Notes: a model not told the origin generated them from the sequence alone. Counted from the stretch's first letter, positions 23,237 through 40,794 are shown. The stretch: DNA of 64,000 nucleotides from Amoebidium appalachense (GCA_963693365.1 CAVNZM010000002.1:15099615-15163614), one strand, 5' to 3'. A program made the numbers and translations.

Positions 23237-26200
23237 CACGCTCACAAACCTCACCTACTTACTACCCCCCCCCCCCCCCCCCCCCCAATAATAAAAAAAG
23301 AGACCCGCACAGCCTTTTGCTTTACCTCTCTTGAATGGAGTGATTGGTTGGGCGAATGAAAGTAATCTTTCCTTCTGGACCCTCCCCCGACCCTCCATTT
23401 CCCCTAATTTAAACTGGGCTCAGTCTTTTGTTACACACCAGAACACTTTATTCATCTTACATGCATTAGATTTTCGTGCACACCATCCCTCTCGGCTTAC
23501 ATACTTATATTATTTCCATCGTTCCTAACACTTAAAACTTTTGGCATCCGCAGGTTTTGTCCGTGTTCAACCGCAGTCAGATCCTGACACCGGATGAGGT
23601 GCGAGGCAGTGCAGCAACACTGGAGGAGGGAGTGCTGAAGAATGGATGGCCAACAGTAGACAGCATGCTGGGCAAGGTGTGTGTGTGTGTGTATCTGTGT
23701 GTGTGTGTGTGTGTGTGAGAGTTTGTGTGTGTGTGCGTGCGCGCACGTGTGACAATCACGCTTTCTTACTTCAACCGCTTATATGTTACTGTTGGATACA
23801 CCACATCCAGTTGCTACCTCATGCATGATATCTAACCCTGTGTGTGCAGGTGTACTTTGTGCTGGAGAGCAAGAGAGACTTCTACATCCAGGACAGCCCC
23901 ATCCTGGCCAATCGCATTTTCTTCACCGCTGAATCTGCCCCCGGCCAGCCTGTAAAGGCCCCCTCCCCCTCCTCCCCCCCCCCCCCCCCCCCCCTTACTT
24001 CCATGCAACCGGGCATGGTTGCTCTGTGTCGTGCATCTGTAAGCACATGCGCATTTTTCGCTGCACTGCAATAGTTTGCACACACATCTTCACCGTTTTG
24101 CTCACCTTGCTTGCATAAGCAACCCTGCTCGTCTTTGATCAAGACGGGTTGACCCGCCCAAGTTCAGTTGATGCTGCTGTCTGAGTTGGAGCGTCGTATA
24201 TACGCGGGCTAAGGGGTCGAAACTCAGACGCAATTGATGACTTGGGTCCTCCCTGAGGATGGGCTCTGCTTATGACGCATACTGTGCACATGGCTGATGT
24301 TACATACTTGAATGTTTGCCTTTGCATGTGTCCTGCACCATGCTTCTCGTCGTGTATGCGTACTTCGTACCGAGTTCCGCATTCAAAACCCCCCCCCCCC
24401 CCCCCCCCCCCCCGGGCCTCCTCCCCCCCCCCCCCCCCCTTCCATGCAACCGGGCATGGTTGCTCTGTGTCGTGCATCTGTAAGCACATACGCGTTTTTC
24501 GCTGCACTGCATTAGTTTGCACACACATCTTCACCGTTCTGCTCACCTTGCTTGCATAAGCAACCCTGCTCGTCTTTGATCAAGACGGGTTGACCCACCC
24601 AAGTTCAGTTGATGCTGCTGTTTGAGTTGGAGCGTCGTATATACGCGGGCTAAGGGGTCGAAACTCAGACGCAATTGATGACTTGGGCCCTCCCTGAGGA
24701 TGGGCTCTGCTTATGACGCATACTGTGCGCATGGCTGATGTTGCATACTTGAATGTTTGCCTTTGCATGTGTCCTGCACCATGCTTCTCATCGTGTATGC
24801 GTACTTTGTACTGTGTTCCGCATTCAAACCCCCCCTGTCTTCTTTCAGAGGTGTCCTTTCAGGACAGACCACTGTGTGGAGACATCTTTACTTCCATGCA
24901 ACCGGGCATGGTTGCTCTGTGTCGTGCATCTGTAAGCACATACGCGTTTTTCGCTGCACTGCATTAGTTTGCACACACATCTTCACCGTTCTGCTCACCT
25001 TGCTTGCATAAGCAACCCTGCTCGTCTTTGATCAAGACGGGTTGACCCACCCAAGTTCAGTTGATGCTGCTGTTTGAGTTGGAGCGTCGTATATACGCGG
25101 GCTAAGGGGTCGAAACTCAGACGCAATTGATGACTTGGGCCCTCCCTGAGGATGGGCTCTGCTTATGACGCATACTGTGCGCATGGCTGATGTTGCATAC
25201 TTGAATGTTTGCCTTTGCATGTGTCCTGCACCATGCTTCTCATCGTGTATGCGTACTTTGTACTGTGTTCCGCATTCAAACCCCCCCCCCTTCCCTGCCT
25301 CTCAATATCGCAAAAGAAACCAATAAGCAAGGAAGAAAGCAAAAAACACTCGAGTCGATACAGTAACTAAGGCATACGCAGTTCTAAACCCGATCTATCA
25401 CTGTCGCATCACATGTTGGTGTGTGGCCGAACACTTTTGTCAAAAGTGCATCAGATATGTCAATAACTTCATCTGATGAAGATGTGTGGACTTCTGGCGT
25501 ATTCCTCCGAATTAATGCCAATAACTTCATCTGATGAATAAGAATACATTGAATCTACGCCCACATGCTCACTTACATGCGTGAATGGATAAGCCATCTG
25601 GTTCTGCAAATTCACTTGGACCCCCCCAGGATGCTGCATTTATTGCCGTCTACAATGCCACCAGCCCTAACATCACCGAAATGGTCAAGCAGGGCTACAT
25701 CGTCCAGACCCGCGCTGATACCGGTACGTTCATTCATCCCCCCCTCCTCCCCCCCCCCTCCCCCCCAAACACACACCCTTTCCCCCCGTCCTTCCCGTCC
25801 CCCTGCCTGCCCCACTTGTCTTCCACACTGTTTTACCATCAATCCCAGCAGCCACTACAGCACCCGATACCTATCCACACACACAAACACGAACAACGTT
25901 AATTTTTTCGAGGTTCTACAGCATACCGGGTCGATGCGTGAATGCACCTTGTCAAGAAGAAATCTCTCGTTCTTTACTAAGCATCCTCGCATCATTTCCG
26001 TCAACCTGTCTTAACCCCCCTCCCCCCCCTCCCCCCCCCCTACACACACACACACACACACACACACTCTTCCACCCACCACAGTCGAGCTCACGGACTC
26101 CAAAGGCTGGGATACTGCCGCCATTGCCAGTGGTGCACAGTACGTAGCCACCAACTACCCTGCACCCCAAGGCCCCACCCAGAATGTGAACAAGAACAAC

Positions 26201-26348
26201 TACAGTGTCAGTCTGGCCCCCACATGCAATCCTGTGTTGATGGCTGGCCAGCCCTGCCCTCTTCTTCAGGATGGTGGTTGGGATAAGTGGTAAGAAACAC
26301 CTCCCCTTCCCCCCCCCCCCCCATCTGCCCCAGGGCGGAGGTTGTGTG

Positions 26349-26429
<81 letters not shown>

Positions 26430-26606
26430 TGTGCGCGTGGATATGTGTGTGTATGTGTGTGTGCGTGCCCGTGTGTGCATGTAATCAAGGAATACGATCC
26501 AGACTCGAACGCTTACGAGTAGGAAAACTTGAAGGGTTATGAAGGACAAAAGTAAAATGACGCAAAAGCACTTGAGCGCAATATAGATAGACCTCCCCCC
26601 TTCCCC

Positions 26607-26642
<36 letters not shown>

Positions 26643-26988
26643 CCTCCCTCCCTCCCCCAGCCAAAAAAAAAAAAAAAAAAAAAGAAACACGAAACTCTAT
26701 CTTCCTGCCTTCTCCGAAGTTTAATGTCTATTGATCTCACATATCTAATAATCACCCAATCAATGTGCAGGGAGGACTGGAGCACGTGCAGTGGTACCTG
26801 CTCGTCCAATGGAGTGCAGACACGTACCCGCCAGTGCTCAGCTCCTTGGGCAGCCAATGGCGGCAAGCCATGCGTGGGCAACGACACCGAGTCACGTGAC
26901 TGCCAGACTGCCCCATGTGGCGCCCCGTCTGTAGAGAACAAGGGTGTGTGCCCCCCCCCCCTCCCCCCCCCCTCCCCCACCCCCCCCC

Positions 26989-27036
<48 letters not shown>

Positions 27037-27134
27037 ACCACCACCACCAAAAAAAATGCATGACACACACACTTTGATTATACCTTCACACCCACGAGTA
27101 CGTAAGGGAAATGGCACGTTCATGCTTGAACACG

Positions 27135-27172
<38 letters not shown>

Positions 27173-27194
27173 ACCCCAACCCCACCCCACCCTC

Positions 27195-27235
<41 letters not shown>

Positions 27236-27796
27236 ACACCAGATCTCCCCCCAGCTGCGACTGCGGATGCCGTGAGTGGCAGCAGCAGCAACACGGGTCT
27301 GATTGTGGGCCTGGCTGTGGGTCTCTCTCTGCTCCTCCTCCTTGTCCTGCTCGCCGTGTTCTTGTACCGCAGGTCAGCCTCTATCCCCCCCCCCCCAGTC
27401 CCCCGGGTTCACCAATCCTGCCCAACCCATTGCTGAATGCTAACCTTATGAAGGACTCTTTCGACATTTCTCCAATTGCTGATTGCCTTGCATGGCCTAA
27501 GCCTCGTCTGCTCAAATGTCCGTGTTTTTTGACTTGCGAGGAAGAAGGGGGGGAGGGGGGGGGGGGGGGGGGAAAGAGAAGGGGGACAAAATAGCGGAGG
27601 TTCCTGTTAAACCTATCTGGATTATGATTACCACATGCCCTTTATGTGCAAATAAAAAGGATACGAAAAATATGCTCACAATGGACCCCCCCAGGCGCCG
27701 TGCCAGCAAGGACATTGTTGAGCACGACTGCACCGGCCAGGGCTGCCGCTTCTGCACGGGCACAAGCTGCCCCTATGCCCCTCCCCCATATGTAAG

Positions 27797-27835
<39 letters not shown>

Positions 27836-28362
27836 CCCTCACCTTTGCATAGATCCTGCATCATGCTTCTCATCGTGTATGTGTACTTCGTACTTTTTTC
27901 CGCATTCAAACCCCCCTTCCCCTTCCCATTCCTCTCCATTTCTCTACTGCAACTGACCTACTTCATCCTCCACCCTTTTTCACGTGGCGAGAACTTCTAA
28001 ACCCCCCCTCCCCCCTCCCCCAAACACACAAACTCACACACACACAACCATCGCCACCACCACACGTGCCATTGTTTAAGAATTTCCAAATGCTGACGGG
28101 CTAACTTAATAGTTTGAGACTCGGTTACACTGTTTCTACCCGATACACGTGTGGTCAAATTCTCACCCTTCTCTTTTTTCCTTTTTAGGGCGACAACGTG
28201 CATCCCCCCCAGTACGAGGTTGCGGTGGGCAAGAAGGGTGGCCTCAAGATCGAAAAGCCCAAATCGGAGCAGCCGATCTATGCTGAGCAGACCCTGGCTG
28301 CCGTGGTCGATCTCGCCGATGATGCATCCACCAGCAGCAGCGTCGATAAAGCCAGCTGTTGA
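19843..28362 (+). CDS. Type-I membrane protein: signal peptide, bacterial-type Ca-dependent PI-PLC (PI-PLC-C1/SaPLC1-like), TSP1 repeat, TM helix and cytoplasmic tail; 15 exons
   Basis: Approximate exons 19843-19932, 20369-20491, 21215-21356, 21658-21686, 22107-22153, 22558-22759, 23078-23151, 23553-23676, 23850-23951, 25630-25723, 26085-26289, 26771-26943, 27243-27372, 27695-27791 and 28189-28362 are all GT-AG and phase-consistent. Motifs: MRLVVAALALAGSAMG; LNEIQVLGSHNSYH; LEDQL..IRQLEFDVYWDP; PGFKVMH..DFD..THC; WSNANPNHLP..ILLEPK; ILTPDEVRG...GWPT; GYIVQTRAD; AIASGAQYVATNYP; TSP1 DGGWDKWEDWSTCSGTC..GVQTRTRQC...GGKPCVG...RDC; TM GLIVGLAVGLSLLLLLVLLAVFLY followed by RRRR. Confidence 0.9.
23995..25280 (+). 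mobile_element. Three tandem, differently 5'-truncated copies of a poly(C)-terminated retroelement 3' end (23995-24388, 24440-24828, 24836-25280) in PLC intron 9
   Basis: Near-identical 390-445 bp units each end in ...CCGCATTCAAA(A) plus a C-run and start at different points. The longest copy retains an ORF C-terminus (..QDRPLCGDIFTSMQPGMVALCRASVSTYAFFAALH*) and a structured 3' region. Confidence 0.75.
27841..27910 (+). mobile_element. Short 5'-truncated copy of the poly(C)-terminated element
   Basis: CCTTTGCATAGATCCTGCATCATGCTTCTCATCGTGTATGTGTACTTCGTACTTTTTTCCGCATTCAAA aligns to the last ~70 nt of the 24-25 kb units, with C-runs on both sides. Confidence 0.8.
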
Positions 28363-29816
28363 TTGGCTGATGAAACCCGATCAAGGTTGATCGTGCACAA
28401 TCGGTTTGAGTATCGGTCGTACGATCGTGAGACACCATTTTGATCGGGTTTGTTTTGTCTGGCTTGTGCTTTTGCATGTTTTACGGTTGTTGTGTCTAGA
28501 ATATTTACTGAACATATCCTGGGTGATGACATGTCCCCTAGGCCTCTAATCGGTGCGGGCATCGTGTTGTTGAAAGTATTAGACGGTGCGGGCGCTGTGA
28601 TTGATTGATCTGAGTCAAAAAGAGGCGACAATCCCATCGGATCGCACGGTCGATCGATTGGGTTATTTTATGGTGCAGGCGCCATATCTTGTGTACATAT
28701 GGTCGCTGTTGGGCTGTGTGGCTGGGACTGCGTCCTTTTGCCCCCCCTCTGAAGGCCCCGTCTCATCGAATGGCGGTGTGCTTATCGATAAAAATAGGAT
28801 GTATACATCTACATATTCTCGTTGTCTCTGCAAGAGACTTGCACCCATCCACCAACATCGCCCTTCGGTTTGCGGTCATTTCTTATATTTTGATAACTCG
28901 GAGGCACTGTGAGCTAATAGCGCTCCTGTGTGTGTGCATGTGTCCTCCTTTAGCTTGCAATGGTGTCGGACAGTCTGCGGACAGAAGTGTACATGTATGT
29001 ATTACAATAATGTCCTTTTGTGCAATTGCAAATACGTATACGTGCATGCACCAAATCACAATAGGGATGCAGGCGCGCGCAAAAAAAGTAGGAATATGGG
29101 TGTGTGATGCGTGCAAATATCACGTGTAGTTACAAATGTGCACGTACCGTAATGTGTGCATGCATGCCCGAGTGATCGCTCGTGATACTGTGTGGACATG
29201 TGTGTGACACTGCATGTGCCTGTCTGCAAGCTGCCTGATGCCGACGTGTACGTGACACCTGGTCTGTGTGAATGTATAGGTGTGCACAGGCGCATGTGTT
29301 CACGGTGTGCGTGCGTGTACTCATCAGTGATGCATAAGCTCTTGTACGTGCGCGTGCATGCGCACGTGCCACGTGGTTTTGACACAAGCTTATTCACAGG
29401 CGTGCCTGCGCGGCTGCCGTGCTCCGAGCTCAGGTCGTGCACGTGTGCACTCTACCCGGCACCATGATCATTTATGTGCGCCTACTTGCGTATGTCCACT
29501 GGCTTGTCAGAGGTATCTGTTTTCACGCGGTTTGTACCTGTTACATGTTTACGAAGTGGCCATGGAAAGGGGTATATGCTCTTTGCCTCGAGTCACGAAC
29601 AGCGTAAACCCCGTATGCATATATATGAGGGGGGGGAAAGAGTGTGGTGGTGGTGGTGGCCTAGCGTGGTGGTGGTGGAAGGAGAAAGACAAAAGAGGAG
29701 GGGGAGGGGGGGGGGGGAGGAGAGGGGGATGAGCCAACAAAACTTCCAATTGAGACGGCTTCGACGAGCCTCTACGTAACTCAGTGAAAACACATTGTGA
29801 AGGGCGGAGGGGCCCC

Positions 29817-29818
<2 letters not shown>

Positions 29819-29884
<66 letters not shown>
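29819..29884 (+). repeat. Poly(G) tract of about 65 nt
   Basis: Seen directly. Confidence 0.9.
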
Positions 29885-29885
<1 letters not shown>

Positions 29886-30139
29886 AAGGGAGGTTAGTTA
29901 TATCGAGAGTGGCGATGGACTTTTTTTTTCTTCTTTTGACTGAATTTATTCGACGGAAAGATATGCAAGTATGTATGCACGGGATACTGAGAAGACAATA
30001 AAAACTTCACAAGTTATCCAGTAACAAGTGCATGCTGAGATACCTGAACACTGTGTGAAAATCATAGAATTCAACAAAAAGTCTGAAGTGTTCACATTGC
30101 CAGCCAGTGTAGCAGACAGACACCCGTAGGGAAAGAGGT

Positions 30140-30262
30140 AAAAATAACGTCAACTCGGCTTGAATCTGTCAAAAATAACGTAGACTCGGCTTGAATTTCT
30201 CAATAATAAAGTCACCTCGGCTTGAATTCGTTCCTCAATAATAAAGTTGACTCGGCTTTAAA
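30140..30262 (+). repeat. Four degenerate ~31-bp tandem units (AATAAxGTxxxCTCGGCTTGAAT)
   Basis: Seen directly, about 500 bp upstream of the methyltransferase ATG. Confidence 0.8.
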
Positions 30263-30773
30263 AGGTGATAGAAAAAAGGTATCCAGTCAATACTCTGTGA
30301 AACACAGGGGAATCAGGTGAATTTTAGATGAATACGATTCAAAGGTTATTCGATTTGATTGGTGAGTTTGACAAAGGTTGGAAACTTTTGATTGGAACTG
30401 TTCATGTTTGTGACGTCAGCGTGTATGAGGATGTCGGCAGGTCGGGAGAGAGACTGATCGAGCCTGAGAGAGAGACAGACAGACAGAGAGAGGGAGAGTC
30501 GATAGAGGGAGAGGGAGCGACAGACAGCTAGGGAGAGGGAGAGAGAGCCAGCGCTAGCAAGAGAGAGAGAGAGAGGGAGGGAAAGAGTAAGCACGCACAT
30601 GCACCATCCACCTTCTCTTTTCCAATTCAATTCGTCTTTATCCTCCCGCTTTTCAATCGACAAGAGAGGCAGATCTGGACAGAAAAAGGCTGACTGAGAG
30701 TGGGGTAAAGTTTGTTTGTACCAGGCAATCGTGCATTTCTCGATCGTGTCTCAAACATAAACTGCTTTTCAAA

Positions 30774-36388
<5,615 letters not shown>

Positions 36389-36891
36389 CACAATATCAGG
36401 GAATGGTTGGTAGCCGAGAATAATTGTATTCGTATTTACTGGTGTTAACAGAGCAAAAACACGATGAGATACGTATTTAGGGTGCCCCCAAACATGTACA
36501 AGCCCTCTAATAGTTGGTTGGCTTTGGAAATTACTAAGGGGATATCTTGTACTCCGACTGGTTCGGAGTATTCGTATGCAACGAACGTGAATGAATGACA
36601 GTACAATAGGTATTCTTGTGCCATTCAGTGCATTTCAAGTTGAAGGTGCGGGTGTGCGTATAGCGGGGATTCTATTTTGGTGGATCGGACATGTACAGGC
36701 AGGGGGCAGGGCAGGGGAGCCAATTGCAAGGGGAAGTTTTTCTATTATATGTGTATCGGTGTGGACGCACACGTGTGTGTGCGTATGTGTGTACGTGTAG
36801 GTGTTATTATGAGCGGATGAGTTTGCATTTTCTCCTCGAGCTCCAAAATATAGCCCGTGTAAACCTTTTTTTCTTTTTCTTTTTCTTTTTT

Positions 36892-36936
<45 letters not shown>

Positions 36937-37029
36937 CTTTGATCATGAGAGGCCCTGGAGGAAGCCTAAACCCGGCCGCCGGGGAGGGAGCAGAGGATGA
37001 TCCCGGAGGAAGAGGGGGAGGAGGAGGAG

Positions 37030-37076
<47 letters not shown>

Positions 37077-38819
37077 GGAATGGGGATATGATATCGGTTT
37101 TACGTGGAAATGCGTACATAGTACCATACACGTGCACTGTGTGTCATAGATACAAGTAGGTCTGTGCGCCCGCTGCGCGGGCGCCAACTGAAGATGCGGA
37201 TAATTGCATTTGGTCAGTCACGCGTAGGTCTGGGAATAGAAAGCTGCAAACTGGGGGTCTGACAGCCTGTGCCTGAAATCTAGACTCTGGAAACTCTCCC
37301 GGGTGGGTCGACTGGGCGCCCGCTGCGCGGGCGCCGGTGCACGTGGAAGGTGACAATACGGATGGTAGCTAGAAAAGAAGTTGGGGTCTGCCAGCTGGTG
37401 TCTGAATCCCGGTGTGACTTACCATGTTTGTGCGTGTTTAAGTGTGTGTGAGTACCCGTGCGTGTGTGTGAAGTGTGTGTGAGAGGTATTTTTCCTGGGG
37501 GAGTCAAACGGTAGTTGGTCCTCCCCCCCCCCCGTCCCTCCCTCAGGCCTTCGGCCCGGTTGGCCTGCCACGGCTCAGACCGTAAACCGCTCAGACCGCG
37601 GTTTGGGTGGTCAAACCGAACCGAACCGAACTGTGAGGGTGTGTGTACTACTGTACACTGTGTATTGCTAGTCACTTACTCAAATGAGTGACTGTCTCCC
37701 TGCAGCCCGGCTCATACCTTGTATGTTGCACAATGACGTAAGCCGATCAATCAGATCCGCAACGACAGGGAGTCGTGCAAAAAGTTATGATCGATCATCT
37801 GTCTGGCTGCCGCCATTAGTAATTATTACCTATACCAGATCTACTGTTAACAAAGACACGTAAGGCATAAACAATGGACCCGTAAAAAATGCTTTGAACA
37901 CTTACAAATAACACAAAAAGAATGTATAACAAACGAAAAAGCAAAAAGTAAAAAATATCTATATGTTCTTCTGTTTTTAATTATTTTTCCTTTGGTTTTT
38001 GACTGTAGATTATCAGTGCTTTTGTCAAGAAATTTGTATATGTTTGGAATCGTACTATGAAAAATCTTGACACATTCGCGCTAGAGTACAAGTTTTCCCA
38101 TGGTTTTACACTTTTCTAATAATTGTTGTTATAATTGCTATTTTTAATGCACTAACCAGCACGGTTTGTTTGTCTATAGACTTTGATTACCCTACTGAGA
38201 CTATATCGACCCCTTTTGGTTGCATCTTGCCGGTCCAAGTCACGCAACCGTGAGATCTCGGATGTCAGGGTTGAATTATCGATCGACTCTAAAACATTTG
38301 AACCCCGATCAATTTCATAGATTTGAGCTGCGGCGCCGCTAACCTTTGCCTAGGGGACTGTTTTTTATATTTTTTTGAACTACATTTCTATATAAAAACG
38401 TTTTTATTCCTTTCTTTCTTTATTACTCTTATATAGTCGAAGACAAAAATAAACACAGCAAACTCTGGCGGCTTGACAGTAACACAAGCTGGCCCTGTTT
38501 TCCGGGAAAAAGGGAAACCGATTCCGAAACAACCATGTCCCAACTCTAAATGATTTATACAGCTAATCGCTTATAAACCAATCATATACGGTGATTCATG
38601 CTATAAAGGATTGTTTAATTGTATTCAATCTGAAGATTTTTGCCGAAGTCTAATTAGGCGGCGGAAGTCCGTTGCATGTGCCATTAGTCGCCGAAGACAT
38701 GGCACAAGTATGGGTATCTGATGTAGGACTTGCCGAAGACCCTAGACAAAGTGTCTGGTTGCGCAAACAAATTAAAATTTACAGCATATGATTGGTTCAA
38801 AGTTGCATTAATAATTTAA

Positions 38820-38945
38820 TGTGAATTAAGGAAGCGTTGCTATTGCCCAACAACAATTTAGGAAAGCGTTCCTATTGCCCAATGGAAAATACAGCGTTAC
38901 CTATTGGTCCTACAAATTAATTAAGCGTTCCGATTGCCCAACAGG
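38820..38945 (+). repeat. Four degenerate ~30-bp units (AGCGTTxCTATTGCCCAA), preceded by GCCGAAG(T/A)C motifs at 38640-38740; probable transposon subterminal array
   Basis: Seen directly in an AT-rich intergenic block. Confidence 0.6.
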
Positions 38946-39250
38946 AGTTCATAGACCCAACCGGAGACGTTTCGTGGCAGTAGTGCCTGGCCACTTGGGT
39001 ACTATTGCTTCAATGTACACAAAGATTCCTATTGGCTCCCTGCACATTATTTCAGCGTCGAATGGGCTGTAGCGGCGTAGCCGGGCTTGTGTCCCAAATA
39101 AATCATCAAATTTGCATTGAGCAACCTGAATAGAGAACGTAGAAAACCAATTTGGAAACACAAAGATTATAATATCTAAATTTTTCAAGTCGGCCTACAT
39201 TTATGCAGTATGTTACAAAGTTTGAGTTTGTGAAGGTCTGTGAAGGCTTT

Positions 39251-39399
39251 TCGCTTTTAGATTTGTACATCTTGATGACATACCAACGAACTCGGATATT
39301 TCTGATCTTTGATGTTTCTTGATTAATTGCCTGAGACAGTGTAAAATTGATGTACTCAGATCCCTGCATACAACACCAGAGTATTTATATATTAACTAT

Positions 39400-39449
<50 letters not shown>

Positions 39450-39640
39450 CTGCATTTATTTACATGCTGATTCTGACCAATCGCTTTTAGATTTGTACAT
39501 CTAGATGACATACCAACGAACTCGGATATTCGTGATTTCTGATCTTTGCCTGAGACAGTGTGAAATTGATGTACTCAGATCCCTGCATACAACACCAGAG
39601 TATTTATATATTAACTATCCCTAGATTTAAATATTTCCAA

Positions 39641-39678
<38 letters not shown>

Positions 39679-39695
39679 CATATATATATATATAA
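39251..39695 (+). repeat. Direct duplication of a ~150-bp unit (at 39251 and 39481), each followed by (TA)n
   Basis: TCGCTTTTAGATTTGTACATCT...GAGTATTTATATATTAACTATCCCTA occurs twice, with an internal indel. Confidence 0.9.
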
Positions 39696-40729
39696 ATTTG
39701 GGCATATACAATGAAATATTTTCTTCTCTTGACTGGGATTTATTGATCAGTGGTCCAGTAGATATGAAGGCAACGTGCAGCCACAGACTACATGACCACC
39801 AACGACGTCGAAAGAGCCACAGCGATAAAATAAAAAATAAAACAACAAGTGACCAAAGGACACCAGCGGGCAAAGGTACAAGTGCACGTGTATGCGTGAA
39901 ACTAGTTTGCTCCAACTAGTCATATGCAGCGATGATGACCAGGCCACACTCCGCTAAGAAGACATCATTACTGCTGCCCCCCAACAGGCCCACCTCAAAA
40001 CCTACCGGGGCACAGCAAGCAAGTCAGCCCTTTAAAGAGCAATGCAGACCAAATCCGAGCGAGAAAACAATCCCCGCAGGCCCGTCCCCTAGAAAACCCG
40101 CAGAATCTGTCTCTAACTCTTTGATAAGGTGGCCTAGTTGTGGCAGGACACACAGGAAAACACAACTACAGAATGCATGCAAGCAAACCAGTCATTGCCA
40201 TACTGCTGAAGGCTGAAAACACGGCAGCCACAAGGAAAGCTCCTTGACGACCCAGTAGCTACCCCTCCACTCACGCAGCGCAGAAGCAGTTGAAGAAGTT
40301 GCAGCACCCCACCGCCAATAGCTCGCGTAGAAGCGTAGATAGCGTGTACAAGTAGAAGTCGCCGTAAGTTGCAGTGGGCCACCAGATGTCGAAGAAACCA
40401 CTCTTCAAGCGAGAAACTCCGCGGAAGGGAGATGTCCCCACACTCTCACAGCATTAGGAATAGACAAGGCCGCACTACACACACACAGTGTCACGTTCCC
40501 CTGAGTGGGACCCCTTCCCACCACAAAAAGAAAAAACGAAAGCCTTTATATACCTGCCATGGTGAAGAATCGGGAAAAAAAAGTTGACGTGACAGCTAAG
40601 AGATCGAAGTAAACGTGAAGGAAATATGAAAGAATCTCATTTCGACCCCACATGATCATCATCTCATCGAAGTTCTCCACGCATTTGTGGCAGTCATGGA
40701 ATGTCATTCTGACTTACGGAAACATTCCT

Positions 40730-40794
40730 ATTGGTTTAAGCATGCACCAATCAAAATGAAGGCACTCTTTTTCAAACAAACAATTGTATAAATA
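40730..40794 (+). promoter_or_regulatory. Putative CCAAT boxes and TATA box upstream of the trypsin gene
   Basis: ATTGG at about 40730, CCAAT at 40747 and TATAAATA at 40787. Confidence 0.35.

Noticed and set aside
24127-24260. SRP (7SL) RNA or another known ncRNA within the tandem units
   Set aside because: A long stem is present but there is no SRP54-binding helix-8 motif or Alu domain. The 5'-truncation pattern fits a retroelement better.
25420-25490. Hammerhead ribozyme (CGAAAC and CTGATGA are both present)
   Set aside because: Stem III closes without the required U of the NUH triplet, and stems I and II cannot be formed convincingly.
25461-25538. CRISPR-like pair: 20-bp direct repeat CAATAACTTCATCTGATGAA with a ~37-nt spacer
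   Set aside because: Only two repeats, inside a eukaryotic intron, with no cas genes. A local duplication explains it.
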